A stretch of 63,855 nucleotides of DNA, the filler included, from Dicyema japonicum (lineage: Eukaryota; Animalia; Dicyemida), in NCBI GenBank assembly GCA_011109175.1. It is 7 parts of 7 records of this genome, joined end to end, with 100 filler letters (N's around TTAATTAATTAA, not from the genome) between each part and the next. Parts side by side here need not be neighbours in the genome. Positions count along the whole stretch, not along the records: positions 9,130 to 20,401 come from RDEW01000169.1; positions 20,502 to 31,725 come from RDEW01000145.1; 5 more parts are not named here. One strand, 5' to 3'. This document shows, piece after piece, positions 12,760 through 25,639 of this stretch; the stretch's first letter is position 1; every line of letters starts with the position of its first letter. The translations under genes and the position numbers were made by a program. The notes beneath the pieces are model-generated. The model had not been told where the DNA came from, did no database searches, and was given only the letters and a program-made list of their open reading frames with translations.

Positions 12760-13520
12760 TTATGATCAATTTAGTAAAACCTTAAACTCAAGTGATCAAA
12801 ATTTTTTAATAAATGATATAAATAAAAGTGTTCACAAATACAGACAAAAGCACAATATCGTAAACAGTACACAATCTGTATGTGCCTCTTACACAAACGA
12901 CCAAGATATAAGACCAATTAAAATCTTGCAAAATAAAGGTATTTAAAATAAAAATATATATTTTCATATTAAATTTTTTTAGATGTACCTTTGAAAAAGA
13001 AAACGAAAAAGAATAACATACTCAAAAGAACAAAAGGAAATATTGGGAGCTTATTTCAACCAATCGAAATTTCCTGATATATTCATTCGTGAAGAAATAT
13101 CAGAAAAAATTGGATTACCTGTAGAAAAAATTAAGGTTAATTTAATGTATGTTCTACTTTAGTTTTGGTTTAAAAATAAAAGGATGAAGGTCAAAAATGA
13201 AAATAAATTAAAAAGCACCTCTTCACAAAAATCAGACTGGATTCAACAGAAAATAAAGAAAAAACCGTAAAAATATTGATACAATCAGCACTGATGTTCC
13301 AACAACAAATTCAAGATATGAAGAATATACCATCAATTACAATCAAAACTATAATACTTTTTATCCACCATATTATAATAATCTGACTCCATATTACGAA
13401 TATGGTTACCCTGAAGTCTATTTAAATAAAGGATATATGTCTAATATTGAAGAACAATTTTATGATCCTTACTATGATAATTTTGTCGAAAACATTGAAT
13501 CCACACATTTTTTCATTTGA
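12760..13520 (+). CDS. PRD-class K50 homeobox gene, divergent Otx-like; two apparent 1-nt frameshifts in A-runs; 5' end not resolved
   Basis: KRKRITYSKEQKEILGAYFNQSKFPDIFIREEISEKIGLPVEKIK|FWFKNKRMK with a 27-nt intron (13136-13162) at the PRD-typical 46/47 position; upstream intron 12939-12982; Tyr-rich C-terminal reading frame to 13520. Confidence 0.8.
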
Positions 13521-14179
13521 CCCGAATCGCAAAATTACCAAACAACAAAGAAGGCTTCAAAATTGACGAGGGTCTCGAAATTCCCCATAGTTGTCAAGCA
13601 TTTAATAATGGATATATTCCAAAACTATACTATAGAAAATAGAAGAAAAAATATCCAAAGATATTAAAATCATTTGTTCGCTTAATTATGTTTGAAATAA
13701 TTTGTTGATTGTATAAATCAATGTTCGTAATTGAAAAAAATCACAACTTTTTGTCTAAATCACTTTTTAAAACTTTTTTCAATTAATTATTTAAAGCATT
13801 TGTCTTATTGTGAACGGCATAATACTGTGTTATCTATATTATATGACCTAGCTTAAGCGTACTTGAATATAAGCCTTAGTTTAATTTTTTTCCTTTGAAA
13901 TTCCATAAAATTAAGCCCTGCTTTTATAGACTTTACACGAATATAAGCCCTGCTTTTTAAAGACTATTTACGAAAAAAGAGTTTATTTTGCTATAAATGA
14001 AGAAAAAATCAGACAGGAAATCCCATAAAATCAAATTTTGGATAAGTAACAGGTTGGGTTAAGAGAACCTGAGAGAATATTTCTGATAATTGTGGCTATA
14101 ACTCCTCAGAGGGCAGGTTATCTTGATCCTAGGTTGATATTAAAAATATTTTGTATTTAAGCACGAATGCTTGAATCCT

Positions 14180-16119
14180 CAGCGTAAGCCAACTCGTAAA
14201 AGTCTTTCCAGTCATCCATGCATTTTTAGAAGACGAATACAATAACCCAAACTTCTGGGCATCAAAATTTTTTTAGGCACCGAGGTTTTTTGTATTTTTC
14301 AATAATTAACGGATCAAGTTTTTCCCCAATTAAACTGCAGCATGGAAGAAAAGTGAGTCTTTCTTTTCCTTGTTTATAGCCAAAACACGGTTCGCCTTTT
14401 TCAACAAATGATTTTTGGGGAGTTCTTTTAATAAAAAGTTCGGTTTCACAAAAATCATCGTCAAGACAGATTTTAGAATACAAATAGTCAATTTTTTGAG
14501 TATAATATGTTTATCAACAAAAATAACAGGTTGTTAGCTTTTTGAATTTTTTTTGAATGATAACCAAAACTGATATATTGCATTATTTTTAAGTGGTCAC
14601 TTTTTTTCTGCATTAAGTGTATATCAATGAAACAGAGAGAGGCGAGATTGGCTCAGTGTTTGCGTTGAATCTTTGTTCAAAGAAGTCCGCTATAAGACTC
14701 ACCTGTTTTGCCGGGTCAGATATTTCAATTCCTTTGTTGGTTAAAAGTCGAAGTATGGAGCTGCTCTTCTTCCTCTTAAGCAGCCGTAATGCCAGGAACA
14801 TTCGTGGGTTGTCTTTAAGAGTTTCCAGTTCCTTGAAACGGGAAGTCAGGATGTCCCGGCCATATTGGAGGTTTAGGCTCTGTATTTGTTTTTGAGTAGT
14901 CTTTTCAGTGCGCGTTTGATATCCGTATTTTTAGTGTTCTCAATCATCAACTTAAGCTGTTCAGCCGATAGAGTGAAGACAATCCGGATGGCATGGTCTG
15001 ATAGAGTGTTTGTTCTGTGGCTGTTTTCCAATGTTCCTATCTGCGGCCAGGTGGATGCCGGTAGACATGGCATTCCAACCGGCAGAAAGCGTTAGTCTAG
15101 TTTCGATGTTTTTAAGCGATTCTTCGATAGATGCTTCATAGAGGTTTCGGGTCGATGATGAGAAAACCAGTTTTTCCGTCAGGTATCTGTTCGATGTATG
15201 AGGCCTGCGGCGGTTTTGCTTTGTCCAGCACATGTAGTTTCTGCAGATTGTAGTCTGCTGACGACCAGCCTGTGATCACTGTCGACGAGTGACCCTCCAT
15301 AAGAGCGAGAGTCCCGTAGAAGGCATGTATCTTTTTGGCGGCAGACGATGTAGTCAATTTGGTTATAGATAGGCACGTAGTTCCCGTGCCTTACCTGACA
15401 AAACTCTCGCTGACAAAAGTGCCAATAAGTCTGGTGGTAAGCTCTCCAAGGAGTGTTTGACAGTCACGTTTGCCTGCAGTGCTAAGGGCGAAAAACTTGC
15501 TACTATAATGGCAAAATCTATCATGATCCTTGATGTTATTTCTAGAATTGGTACAAAGGCTTCCACTATAACTTCGTGTTTANTGCAAGTTTGACGGTCT
15601 AAATATAAGTTTACTTTGGAATGGTTTGGAATGACCTAGATGATGATCTCCCTCTGTCTGTTATCCTCAGATTGACAGGACACAGACCTGACCTGAACGA
15701 GGAGGAGTTCGTGAAAACGATTCTTCGCTTGCCACAGAAAATCCCGACGAATGGGAAAATGCTCTCTTGGAGCAGCATCTTCCTCGGAAACCAACTGATG
15801 CGGAGAGTCTGAGTGATTCTAAGTGATTCTAGGAGACGATGGGGACTCGAAAACAGCAGAAAAAGCCAAATTGACTCGCATAGACATTCGCTCTATGCTC
15901 GAAGATATTCAGTACATCGCTTGCGCAGAGGACCCTTATCTTATTCCGTCAATAAAAAAATTGATGATACTGTAAACAATCTTTTCTGACAGATTTTCTT
16001 AATAAATAGAATCCTACATAAATTCCTTTTGATAAGATAAATGTCATAAATCTCGAAACCTTGATAAACCGGACTATTTTCATGGTCCCGTCAGGGTCCG
16101 GTTTAGACAAGTTCCACTG
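14180..16119 (-). mobile_element. pogo/Tigger-like transposon remnant interrupted by an RTE insertion
   Basis: KERLTFLPCCSLIGEKLDPLIIEKYKKPRC and KNAWMT at 14180-14480; TA-CAGTGGAACTTG-type terminus ending at 16119. Confidence 0.65.
14613..15570 (-). pseudogene. RTE-type LINE, apurinic endonuclease region, degenerate
   Basis: YNQIDYIVCR..LRDSRSYGGSLVDSDHRLVV. Confidence 0.75.
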
Positions 16120-16477
16120 TATATTATGTCTAACCAATGAGTGTAATGGACCTTTATTAATAAAAGAAACTAGTTAACTCCATACACCTCCTTCCCTTCT
16201 TCCTCCTCTTCTCTGGCTCTGTAGACCTCCAAGAAGGTTCAGTCTAGAATCAAACTAGATTCTCTTTCAGAATCCTCTTAAGAACAGTTGACTTTACATA
16301 AGCCTGTAGAGACATATATACACCCAACAGTACCCTTGTGGTTATTTGGTAAGCAGTGAATCATCACACACGGAATGAGGTCATACTTCCTCCTCTTCTC
16401 CACTGGCTGCAAGGCACGTGATGCCTACCTCCACAATAACAATCTCTTCGATGACCTTAAAAAATTATTTTGTTGCA

Positions 16478-17021
16478 ATGGCTTCTTACAAGGGTTTTAT
16501 AAAAGACTGCGTTGAATATCAAATTTTAAAAGATGCTTTACATGATAAATTTCCCGAAAATCTTCCGAGGCACCGAAAATATAGACTTATAAAGAAGATG
16601 GAGAATTTCACCATTATCAATGACAGGTATTGTAAATTTGTAATAAATTTACAGACTTTATCTTAAATCAAGTGATCCCAAGTTAGTCATATCCCTCGAT
16701 AATGAAACCGAAATGGAGCTTGTGGCGAAATCACTACACGAGTTTTCACACGGAGGAGTAGTAAATAAAATTGAATATGAATGCAGAAATAATTAATATT
16801 TTATCGAATAATCGCGTTGAGGTATTTTTAAATATGTTAAATTAATAGATAAAAAATTCGAAAGGAGAAATATTGTCTGTACTAATGACTAGACTAAAAA
16901 AATAGTTAGCTAAATTTTATTCTTTGTGGTTTTAATGAAATTAATTGAAGTTAATCTTATTTCAAGGTTAATGTAACAGGCTGCCCATAGGTATTGCGCA
17001 GCCCATGTGACATAATAAACA
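16478..17021 (+). mobile_element. Internally deleted Ginger-type integrase DNA transposon, family B, with micro-introns
   Basis: MASYKG..INDR|LYLK..LHEFSHGGV (intron 16627-16654); C-terminal AEIINILSNNRVE|IKNSKGEI (intron 16822-16848); terminus ..gacataataaACA; homologous to 63170-63855. Confidence 0.75.
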
Positions 17022-18629
17022 ACACATTTGATGGGTTGGATACTTATTGAATATAAAAATATTTTGAATTATTACACATCTGGGTTACAGTAGGAACATG
17101 AATTATGTGAATATAGACGCGTTTGCACCTCTACGCAGTTTACAATCTCTGTAAAAATCTTATTCTAACATTACAGTACAATGGATCGAACAGCTCTTTG
17201 CAAATGAATTTCTAGAAACCAGAAGCTAAAAACAGAAACATAAACGGAATTCTATCATTTGATCGCCCTTTGTATGAATCAGAAGTGAGAATTACAATCA
17301 CGGTTGTACAAAAAAGCTGGTTGCTATATAATTCGTCGTGGAAATTCGCGAACATTCCATAGACCTAGAAGAGTACAGTTGTCCCCATGATTTGAAAAAT
17401 TGGTAAACCAGGCATATCATCCTTATCTGTTCCGTTTCCGTTTCAATAGACTTTCAAGAGTAATTGCGAAATTAATTTCCTTAGTGACAACCAATTGGGA
17501 TTCTGTACAAAAGGAGGAAAATAAAACTACTTTAATGAACTGAGCAAGTCAATTCACAACTCCATAATTCAGAATAACTCTTTACGACAAAATTATTGCA
17601 AATATCTTCAGTCTATGAAGATTCGTCAGTAAGATGAGTTCCAGCGTTCTACCCTTAGCCCTCTACTATTTAGCATAGCTATGAATAATTTCCCAACCCC
17701 CTATTCTAAAAATCATGTGATGTGGATAAAATCAATCGACAGTAAGCAACTCAGCATTGCTTTGGAAAAGTCTAGTTATCATTGAAAAGATTTCTCTACC
17801 AAAGTCTATCCGGTACCTGGGTCCCACAATCGATGAGAACCCAAGTCACCTAGTCGGCATCTCCCAGAAAAAAAAGAAGGCCATACCAGTCCTCCGTTTT
17901 CTAAGAAGTCTGAATGTGTAACCTAAAACCCTGAAATTTTCCTGCCGATTACCAAAACTGTGGAAAAATCCATCGATTTCAAAGATTCGGATGAATTATT
18001 ACTTTTGTTGATAATCATTGAAATTATGTGATAAAATTCTGATTGGTTGTATGTGGAAGATAAAATGAAAAAAATAACATCGAAAACAGCCAAGCGATTC
18101 TATCCGCTGAAGCTGGGTGACCTTTCTTCTCCTTTTTTGTGATTGAATAAATTACAATATCCAAAATATCGCAATTATTCTCAATATTCACAATGTAGCA
18201 AATATATATGAATTAGACAACAAAACGTGTATAAGTGTTTAAAAGTGAGTGATTTGATCATATAATGAATGATATTCTTGTGACCCTCAAATAGTGGAAT
18301 ATCTAAATATTTGAATACAACATTTGGATTTAAGCGCCTAATTAAAACCCATAAATTTATTTCAAAAATGACTAGGCAACGTGCAACCAAAAACAAATTC
18401 CGAGTCCCAATATAAAAGCAGTGCCGTACAGGAAAAAATGTCTTTCCACATGATAGCAAAGTCTGAGGTAACTCGGAATGCAATAAATAATTTGTATTAA
18501 TTGCCTGATTAGTTTTAATTTTCAAGTTTGACCAATTATATGCTAGTTTAATTAATTACCATTTATTCTATGTTTCGTTTTAACAATAAATTATCGAAAA
18601 TAACTTTTTATAACATAAATAATCATTCT

Positions 18630-19103
18630 CTAATAAATCGTCAATGTCGAATCCATTCGGAGTCTTTCCATAAAAGACTAACAAAAATTAATTTCTAGCA
18701 ACTTGAATTTCCCGTTTATGTCCAAGGTTCTCACATCTGAGGATAATTTCGTCCAATGTCATCGAAGGACTCATAAAATGTGCCCACATTTCAATTTTGT
18801 TCATAAATCGAGATAATTCAGACTCAATGTTTAACTCATTTTGACTAAATTTAAAGTTGTTCATTATTTTCAGTAAACTTGGGATTCCCTTTGGACCTAG
18901 TAGTCTATAATATAAATGATAGTAATGAATTCACCTGTTTGTATCTAATTTAGGAGGTCTGGCTCTTGGCTTACTAATTTTCTTATCTTTGGATTCCACT
19001 GATTTAGGAATTGGTGTATGTTCTTCCTCTGGGGTCAAATGATTGTTTTCTTTTTCTGATTCCGAGGATAAATCGGGAGAACATCTTGGTCAAAAGAATC
19101 CAT
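18630..19103 (-). CDS. TIPIN: TIPIN/Swi3/Csm3 replication-fork protection protein; one apparent 1-nt frameshift near the start
   Basis: RPPKLDTNR|LLGPKGIPSL..IEMWAHFMSPSMTLDEIILRCENLGHKREIQ|SFMERLRMD with introns 18905-18934 and 18678-18702. Confidence 0.85.
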
Positions 19104-19227
19104 TATAATACACACAAGAACACTATAGATACAATAATTTATTTCAAATATAAAACATTAAAAATTAACATTTAAATAATAATCATTCTTATGAATTATT
19201 GTTACTAATTAGTTATCATAATATAAA

Positions 19228-19965
19228 TTAGGTAAGGGTATGACTCCAATTGATGGGGTCAAGTTTAAGCATATCCCTCTCCAACAAAATATCCCTCCAC
19301 CTCGTCTCTTTCGCCTGTGCCCACTTTTCTTCCATCATCTGAATTTTATACAAAAAAACTACTTTTTTATTTGCATCTCTAAATTTTTTGAGATAAATCG
19401 TCTTTTCTTTAACCAATTTTGATTCATTTTCTCGGAAATTATATCCTTGGCCATTAACTCGGTAAATTCGTTTGCCAGGTTTTTGCGGAATATTTTTTTG
19501 TCAACATCTTTGTCCTTCATCTGGTAAAATCAGGACTTCACGAATGTTTTTTCTGTAAGCTTCTTTTTCGCTTTTTGTGCCATAAATCGGTTTTTTTGTT
19601 GCAGAAGTCAAACGGTTGAATTCCCGCCGTTTCATCAATTTGGCGCGCTCTTGATTCCACGTGTTTAAATATTCTGTTTCTCTCCCACGATTTGCAGTGA
19701 ACGTAATACGATTTGGGGGAATAAACTTGTCGGATTTGTAGCACCAGTCGATCGGGGGATAAAGCCAATCGAGTTTATTTTCGTTTTTTATTTTTGAATA
19801 TTTTTTCAAGGCATCGGTCATTGAACTCATTAAAACGCCTTTTTTAGCCACATATTGTTCTTTGTGACTAAAATCGAAAATGTCCTTGTACGAGGTGGAA
19901 TATACAATGACTGAATTGACATTGACAAAAAGCTTCAGAACGCAGTTCAAACCACATAATCTCAT
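19228..19965 (-). CDS. Uncharacterised helical protein; two apparent 1-nt frameshifts
   Basis: Protein-like reading frames join across shifts near 19522 and 19436 and a 24-nt intron (19339-19362), ending ..ERDMLKLDPINWSHTLT*. Confidence 0.55.
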
Positions 19966-20647
19966 TTATAATCATGCTTTTATAACGCTGTGACGTCATT
20001 ATTTTATCCCAAGATTAAAAATTTAATTTATCACGAATAATAAATAATACAGACTTTCTTAAATATAGTTTTTTATAACATGAATTAAAAATATTTTGAA
20101 GACACAAAAATTATTATTTAATTATATTATTTTTGTTGTCATGCGAACAGGGTGATTTCGTCATTCCATTGTTACTAATTATTGACCTATGAACCATATT
20201 AAAGTTTAAATTACACGTTATATTTGATTTTTCTAATTTAAATCTACCAATATTTATAAAATTTTATCTTCAACACGACAAAGATTTCTAAGAATTATCT
20301 CAAAAAGTATAAAAAGCTTTACATTTCGCATCAAAATGGTTTTTTGAAATAAATCCAATTTTTTGAATTGTGCAATTTAAACATACTCATTTCTTGTTAT
20401 GNNNNNNNNNNNNNNNNNNNNNNNNNNNNNNNNNNNNNNNNNNNNTTAATTAATTAANNNNNNNNNNNNNNNNNNNNNNNNNNNNNNNNNNNNNNNNNNN
20501 NCGTGAGAGATGGTGTCTATCGTTTATTCAAGATGGGGTCTTTTAAAAATATGGTTGATTAATTCCGAGTAGAAAGATAAGTATTTTATAATCAAATAAG
20601 AAAAAAGAGAAAAAGAATTCATTAGCCAAAAAGATTTCAAATTATAT

Positions 20648-21224
20648 CTAATTAAAATTGATTTGACTTATCAGAAAATTAATCAATACGACAGGACACG
20701 TTTCTCGTAGAGAATCTAATGGAATCTTTTGATGCCTTCGAATGTTTTTTCTTAAAGTTATATAATAAAGTAACTACAATTTCACATTAAAAAATATATT
20801 ATTATTTTCACGAATGATATTTGCTATTTTATCAATTTGTGTCAAATCGATTTGAGAACACTAAAATATCAACATAAGATAGAATTTCACATTTGTAGGT
20901 GATAAACGGTTTTGATGATTGTTATCCAATTTGTTGTTTTTAGATGTATTTGGTTTTAATTTTTTTCTAGAATTAAGATTTTGTTTTTGAGTTTCAGGGT
21001 TTTGATTTTCAAAATCTCGAATAAGTTCAGAACAGTTCAAATTCCTTACGGGCTCCCATGTATTATCATCACTGAATTTATATAAACAAATTATCAAATA
21101 ACATTAAATAATTCTTCCATTTTATAAGATATTCCTTTTGCTTCTTTCCATTTATTCGCACTCCATGAATCGCTTCGACCACAAATTCAGTATTTGTATT
21201 TTTTCGTTTGATAGCGTGTACCAT
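20648..21224 (-). CDS. HP1-like chromodomain plus divergent chromo-shadow protein, paralog 1, 162 aa, intact
   Basis: EFVVEAIHG..EYLIKWKNY..DNTWEP..NLNCSELIRDFE and CPVVLINFLISQINF; introns 21072-21102, 20861-20890, 20751-20777. Confidence 0.88.
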
Positions 21225-22887
21225 CAGAGAGTTTTAACAACAAGATAGATTTAAATCAATTGTAATTTATAAAATGAAAAAATTAAATCTGAAATATATT
21301 AAGACAAAATTCATTTTTAACTGAACTTAATTTATCAATATGCCAATTTTTAATGGGATTTTCACGTTTATTTAGCTTCATGCACAGAGCTTATAAAATG
21401 AGTAAAGTGTTCCCAGAAGAATAATGCCGTTTTACCTGTGGCAAAGCCGGTGGTACATGCCTAGGAAACATTCCAGATTAATAGAGTTTATGTGTTACCC
21501 AGGTTCATGTTAGTGAGTCAACTATACTGCAAAAGAACCCATATTTAAAATTAACGACCTATCAACGTGGATATAGTATGAAAATTATTTTTCCGAAAGA
21601 CTGTTTATTTTCATATTTGCAGTCTATAAAATTTAATACTGGTAATCGAAAACAGTGTAACTTGGTCAACGAAGAGGGCTCAAATTCTTCCGATCTACGA
21701 GGTTACAAAGTACCCTCATCACCATGTTTTGCTGTGAGATATAACCGCAAAATATAGTTGAATATATCATTATAGATAATATTAATTTTTTACTTTACTT
21801 TTATTATTTTTAGGCCCCAATCTGCATGGACTGAAAAAATCGTATTTTGTTAACAACAGTAAAATTGCTAAGAAGGGTAAAAAATGCCATCCTTAGCATA
21901 TATAAGGTGTTATCATATGTTAATTTTTACATTTCTGAAATCAAATTAATATAAATCTATGAAATAGTAAATATCTTTTTAGGCCCCAATCTGCATGGAC
22001 TGAAAAAATCGTATTTTGTTAACAACAGTAAAATTGCTAGGAAGGGTGAAAAATGCCATCCTTAGCATATATAAGGTGTTATCATATGTTAATTTTTACA
22101 TTTCTGAAATCAAATTAATATAAATCTATGAAATAGTAAATATCTTTGGCGATAATAGAAACATATTCTCAGTGGAAAATAGTGTTTTGTTTTTAGTTAA
22201 ACCTTATGAAAAAATTTTGGAAACCAACAATAGATTCTATTTGATTTTCTCCAAAATATATGTTCAGCCGTAGTGATGTATTTTCAGATTAGTCAATTCA
22301 ATTGTAATTATATGTATTTTTAGAACTTTTTTGGTGAATATACTTCTTTTTCTTTTTTGAAATTTTTATTTGTTTACAAGATATTCTAGACTTAAGCGAT
22401 TCTATATTGAAAATATTTCGCAAGATGTAATAGTCAAAAAACACGAAATATTGTTTCTATAGCCAAATGCACAATAGTCCAAAATCAGCGAAAACGGGAC
22501 CAAGGAACGCACAAATAGTCTTATCGTTATGGTAGCAATATTTGACAAAGTCAATGATATATCACGCTATGTGGTAAACAAAAAAGCAAAATTCAGGCAA
22601 GCTTTCGTATTCAACCATCGCTCTATTTTATTATTTCAATACTTTTTCATATATTATAAAAAATGTTTATAAAGAAAATAAGAATATAAAATATGAGGGT
22701 AATGCTATTTACGGACTAAAAATTAGTTAAAATAAAATAATATTTTGTAAAACACTAGAATTTTTTAACATATTGAGATTATTCACTAATAGCAAAATTT
22801 TGTCATAAAGTATTTCGGAATCATTGCAAAATCAAATGGTAAAAAAGAGAAAAAGAATTCATTAGCAGAAAAGATTTCAAATTATGT

Positions 22888-23262
22888 CTAATTAAAATTG
22901 ATTTGACTAATCAGAAAATTAATCAATACGACTGGACACGTTTCTCGTAAAGAATCCAATGGAATCTTTTGATGCCTTCGAATGTTTTTTCTTAAAATTA
23001 TTGTATAAGATCAATAGAATATTACATTAAAAAATATATTATCATTTTCACGAATAATATATGTTATTTTATCAATTTGTGTCAAATCGATTTGAGAACA
23101 CTAAAATATCAACATAAGATAGAATCCCACATTTGTAGAGGATAAACGGTTTTGATGATTGTTATCCAATTTTTTATTTGTAGAAGTATTTGGTTTTAAT
23201 TTTTTTCAAGAATTAAGATTTTGTTATTGAGATTCAGGGTTTTGATTTTCAAAATCTCGAAA
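22888..23262 (-). pseudogene. 5'-truncated HP1-like copy (hinge and chromo-shadow exons)
   Basis: Close copy of about 20650-21020; breaks into a repeated segment at about 23262. Confidence 0.8.
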
Positions 23263-24961
23263 AATGCCTAAGAAGGGTGAAAAATGCCATCCTTAGCAAA
23301 TATAAGGTGTTATCATATGTTAATTTTTACATTTCTGAAATCAAATTAATTCAAAACCCGAGTTCGTGGAGGGAGATAAGAACAATCTTCTGGGGCTAAA
23401 CCGCAGTTGAGACCTTCGTGGTTCTCGTTCTCAAGCACATTTCTGAAATCAAATTAATTCAAAACCCGAGTTCGTGGAGGGAGATAAGAGCAATCTTCCG
23501 GGGCAAAACCGGAGTTGAGACCTTAGTGGTTCTCGTTCTCAAGCCCCCCAGCGCTAATTCCTTGGCCTCTTTTCTTTTTGAAATATTGTATTCAATAAAC
23601 CAAACCATAATAAATATCTTTGGCGATAATAGAAACATATTCTCAGTGGGATATAGTGTTTTGTTTTTAGTTAAACTTTATGAAAAAATTTTGGAAAGCA
23701 ACAATAGATTCTATTTGATTTTCTCCAAAATATATGTTCAGCCGTAGTGATTTATTTTCAGACTAGTCAATTAAATTGTAATTATATGTATTTTTAGAAC
23801 TTTTTTGGTGAATATACTTCTTTCTCTATTTTTGAAATTTTTATTTGTTTACATAATATTCTAGACTCAAGCGATTCTATATTGAAAATATTTCCTAAGA
23901 TGTGATAGTCAAAAAACACGAAATATAATTTCTATTGCCAAATGCACAAAAGTCCAAAATCAGCGAAAACGGGACCAAGGAACGCACAAATAGTCTTATC
24001 GTTATGGTAGCAATATTTGACAAAGCCAATAAAACATCACGCTATGTGGTAAACAAAAAAGCAAAATTCAGGCAAGCTTTCGTATTCAACCATCGCTCTA
24101 TTTTATTATTTCAATACTTTTTCATATACTTTTTCATATATTATAAAAAATGTTTATAAAGAAAATAAGAATATAAAATATGAGGGTAATGCTATTTACG
24201 GACTAAAAATTAGTTAAAATAAAATAACATTTTGTTAAACACTAGAATTTTTTAACATATTGAGATTATTCACTAATAGCAAAATTTTGTGATAAAGTAT
24301 TTTGGAATCATAGAAAAATTTAGAACTTGAAATGACAAAAGGCTGAAACGACTTGGATTACGATCGTGTGTTACTGCCTGGTCGATTAAATTATAAAGAG
24401 ATTTTGCTTCTAAATTTTTGGAATTTGAGATTATTTACTAATAACAGCAGTTTTATTTTTTAACGATTTGGCGACTACGAATTTGCTTTTTTATAATTTT
24501 GTATTTTTCGGATTAAGATGTAGTTTTTACAGGTTGTTGGAGCAGTACATTTACACGATTTTTGTATTCATTATAATTTTCACGTAACCTAAGAATTTAG
24601 ACTATAATGATATAAAATCTTTGGGAGATACCATTTATTTTTGTATTTTNTTTTTTATAATTTTGTATTTTTCGGATTAAGATGTAGTTTTTACAGGTTG
24701 TTGGAGCAGTACATTTACACGATTTTTGTATTCATTATAATTTTTACGTAACCTAAGAATTTAGACTATAATGATATAAAATCTTTGGGAGATACCATTT
24801 ATTTTTGTTTTTAATTTAATGTCAAACTATTATGTCATCCTGTCAAGTATGTAGGCCACCAGGTCACAATCCTCGTCGCCAGCGTGGGACGCGGCATATT
24901 ATTTAATCAAATATACAAACGAGGAAAGAACTGTATTAACCCAAAAAGATATTAAATTATA

Positions 24962-25538
24962 TTAATTAAGATTGATTTGACTAATCAGAAAATTAATCAA
25001 TAGCACTGGGCATGTTTTTCGGAGAGATTCCAACGGCATCCGTTGATGGTTTCGACTGTTTTTCCTTAAAGTTAAACTATAAACTAAATACAATTTCACT
25101 TCAAAAAATATATTTTCATTGTCACGAATGATATTTATTATTTTATCAATTTGTGTCAATTTGGTATCAGAACTCTAAAATATTAACTTAAGATGACATC
25201 TCACATTGGCAGAAAATGATTGGTTTTTATGAATGTTATTTAATTTTCTATTTTTAAAGCGATTTGATTTTAATTTATTTGGCGAATTTTGATCTTGTTT
25301 CGTTGTCTCAGGATTTTTATTTTCAAAATTTTGGATAAGACCACCACAGTTCAAATTCTTCAAAGGTTCCCAAGTATTATCATTACTAAATTTGTGTAAG
25401 CAAATTTTCAAATAACATGGAATAATTCTTCCATTTTATATAATATTCTTTTCCTTTCTTTCCATTTATTCTCACTCCATGAATAGATTCAACCTCAAAT
25501 TCAGTATTTTTAACATTTCGTTTGACAACTTGTACCAT
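24962..25538 (-). CDS. HP1-like paralog 2, 162 aa, intact
   Basis: Same exon sizes as paralog 1 (122/181/83/103 nt); introns 25386-25416, 25175-25204, 25065-25091. Confidence 0.88.
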
Positions 25539-25639
25539 TAGAGGATAACTAAAAATAATATAAATCAAATCAATTGTTATTTATTTTATAAAAAATTTAC
25601 ATTTGAAATATATTTAAAAAGAATTCATTTATAATTTGC

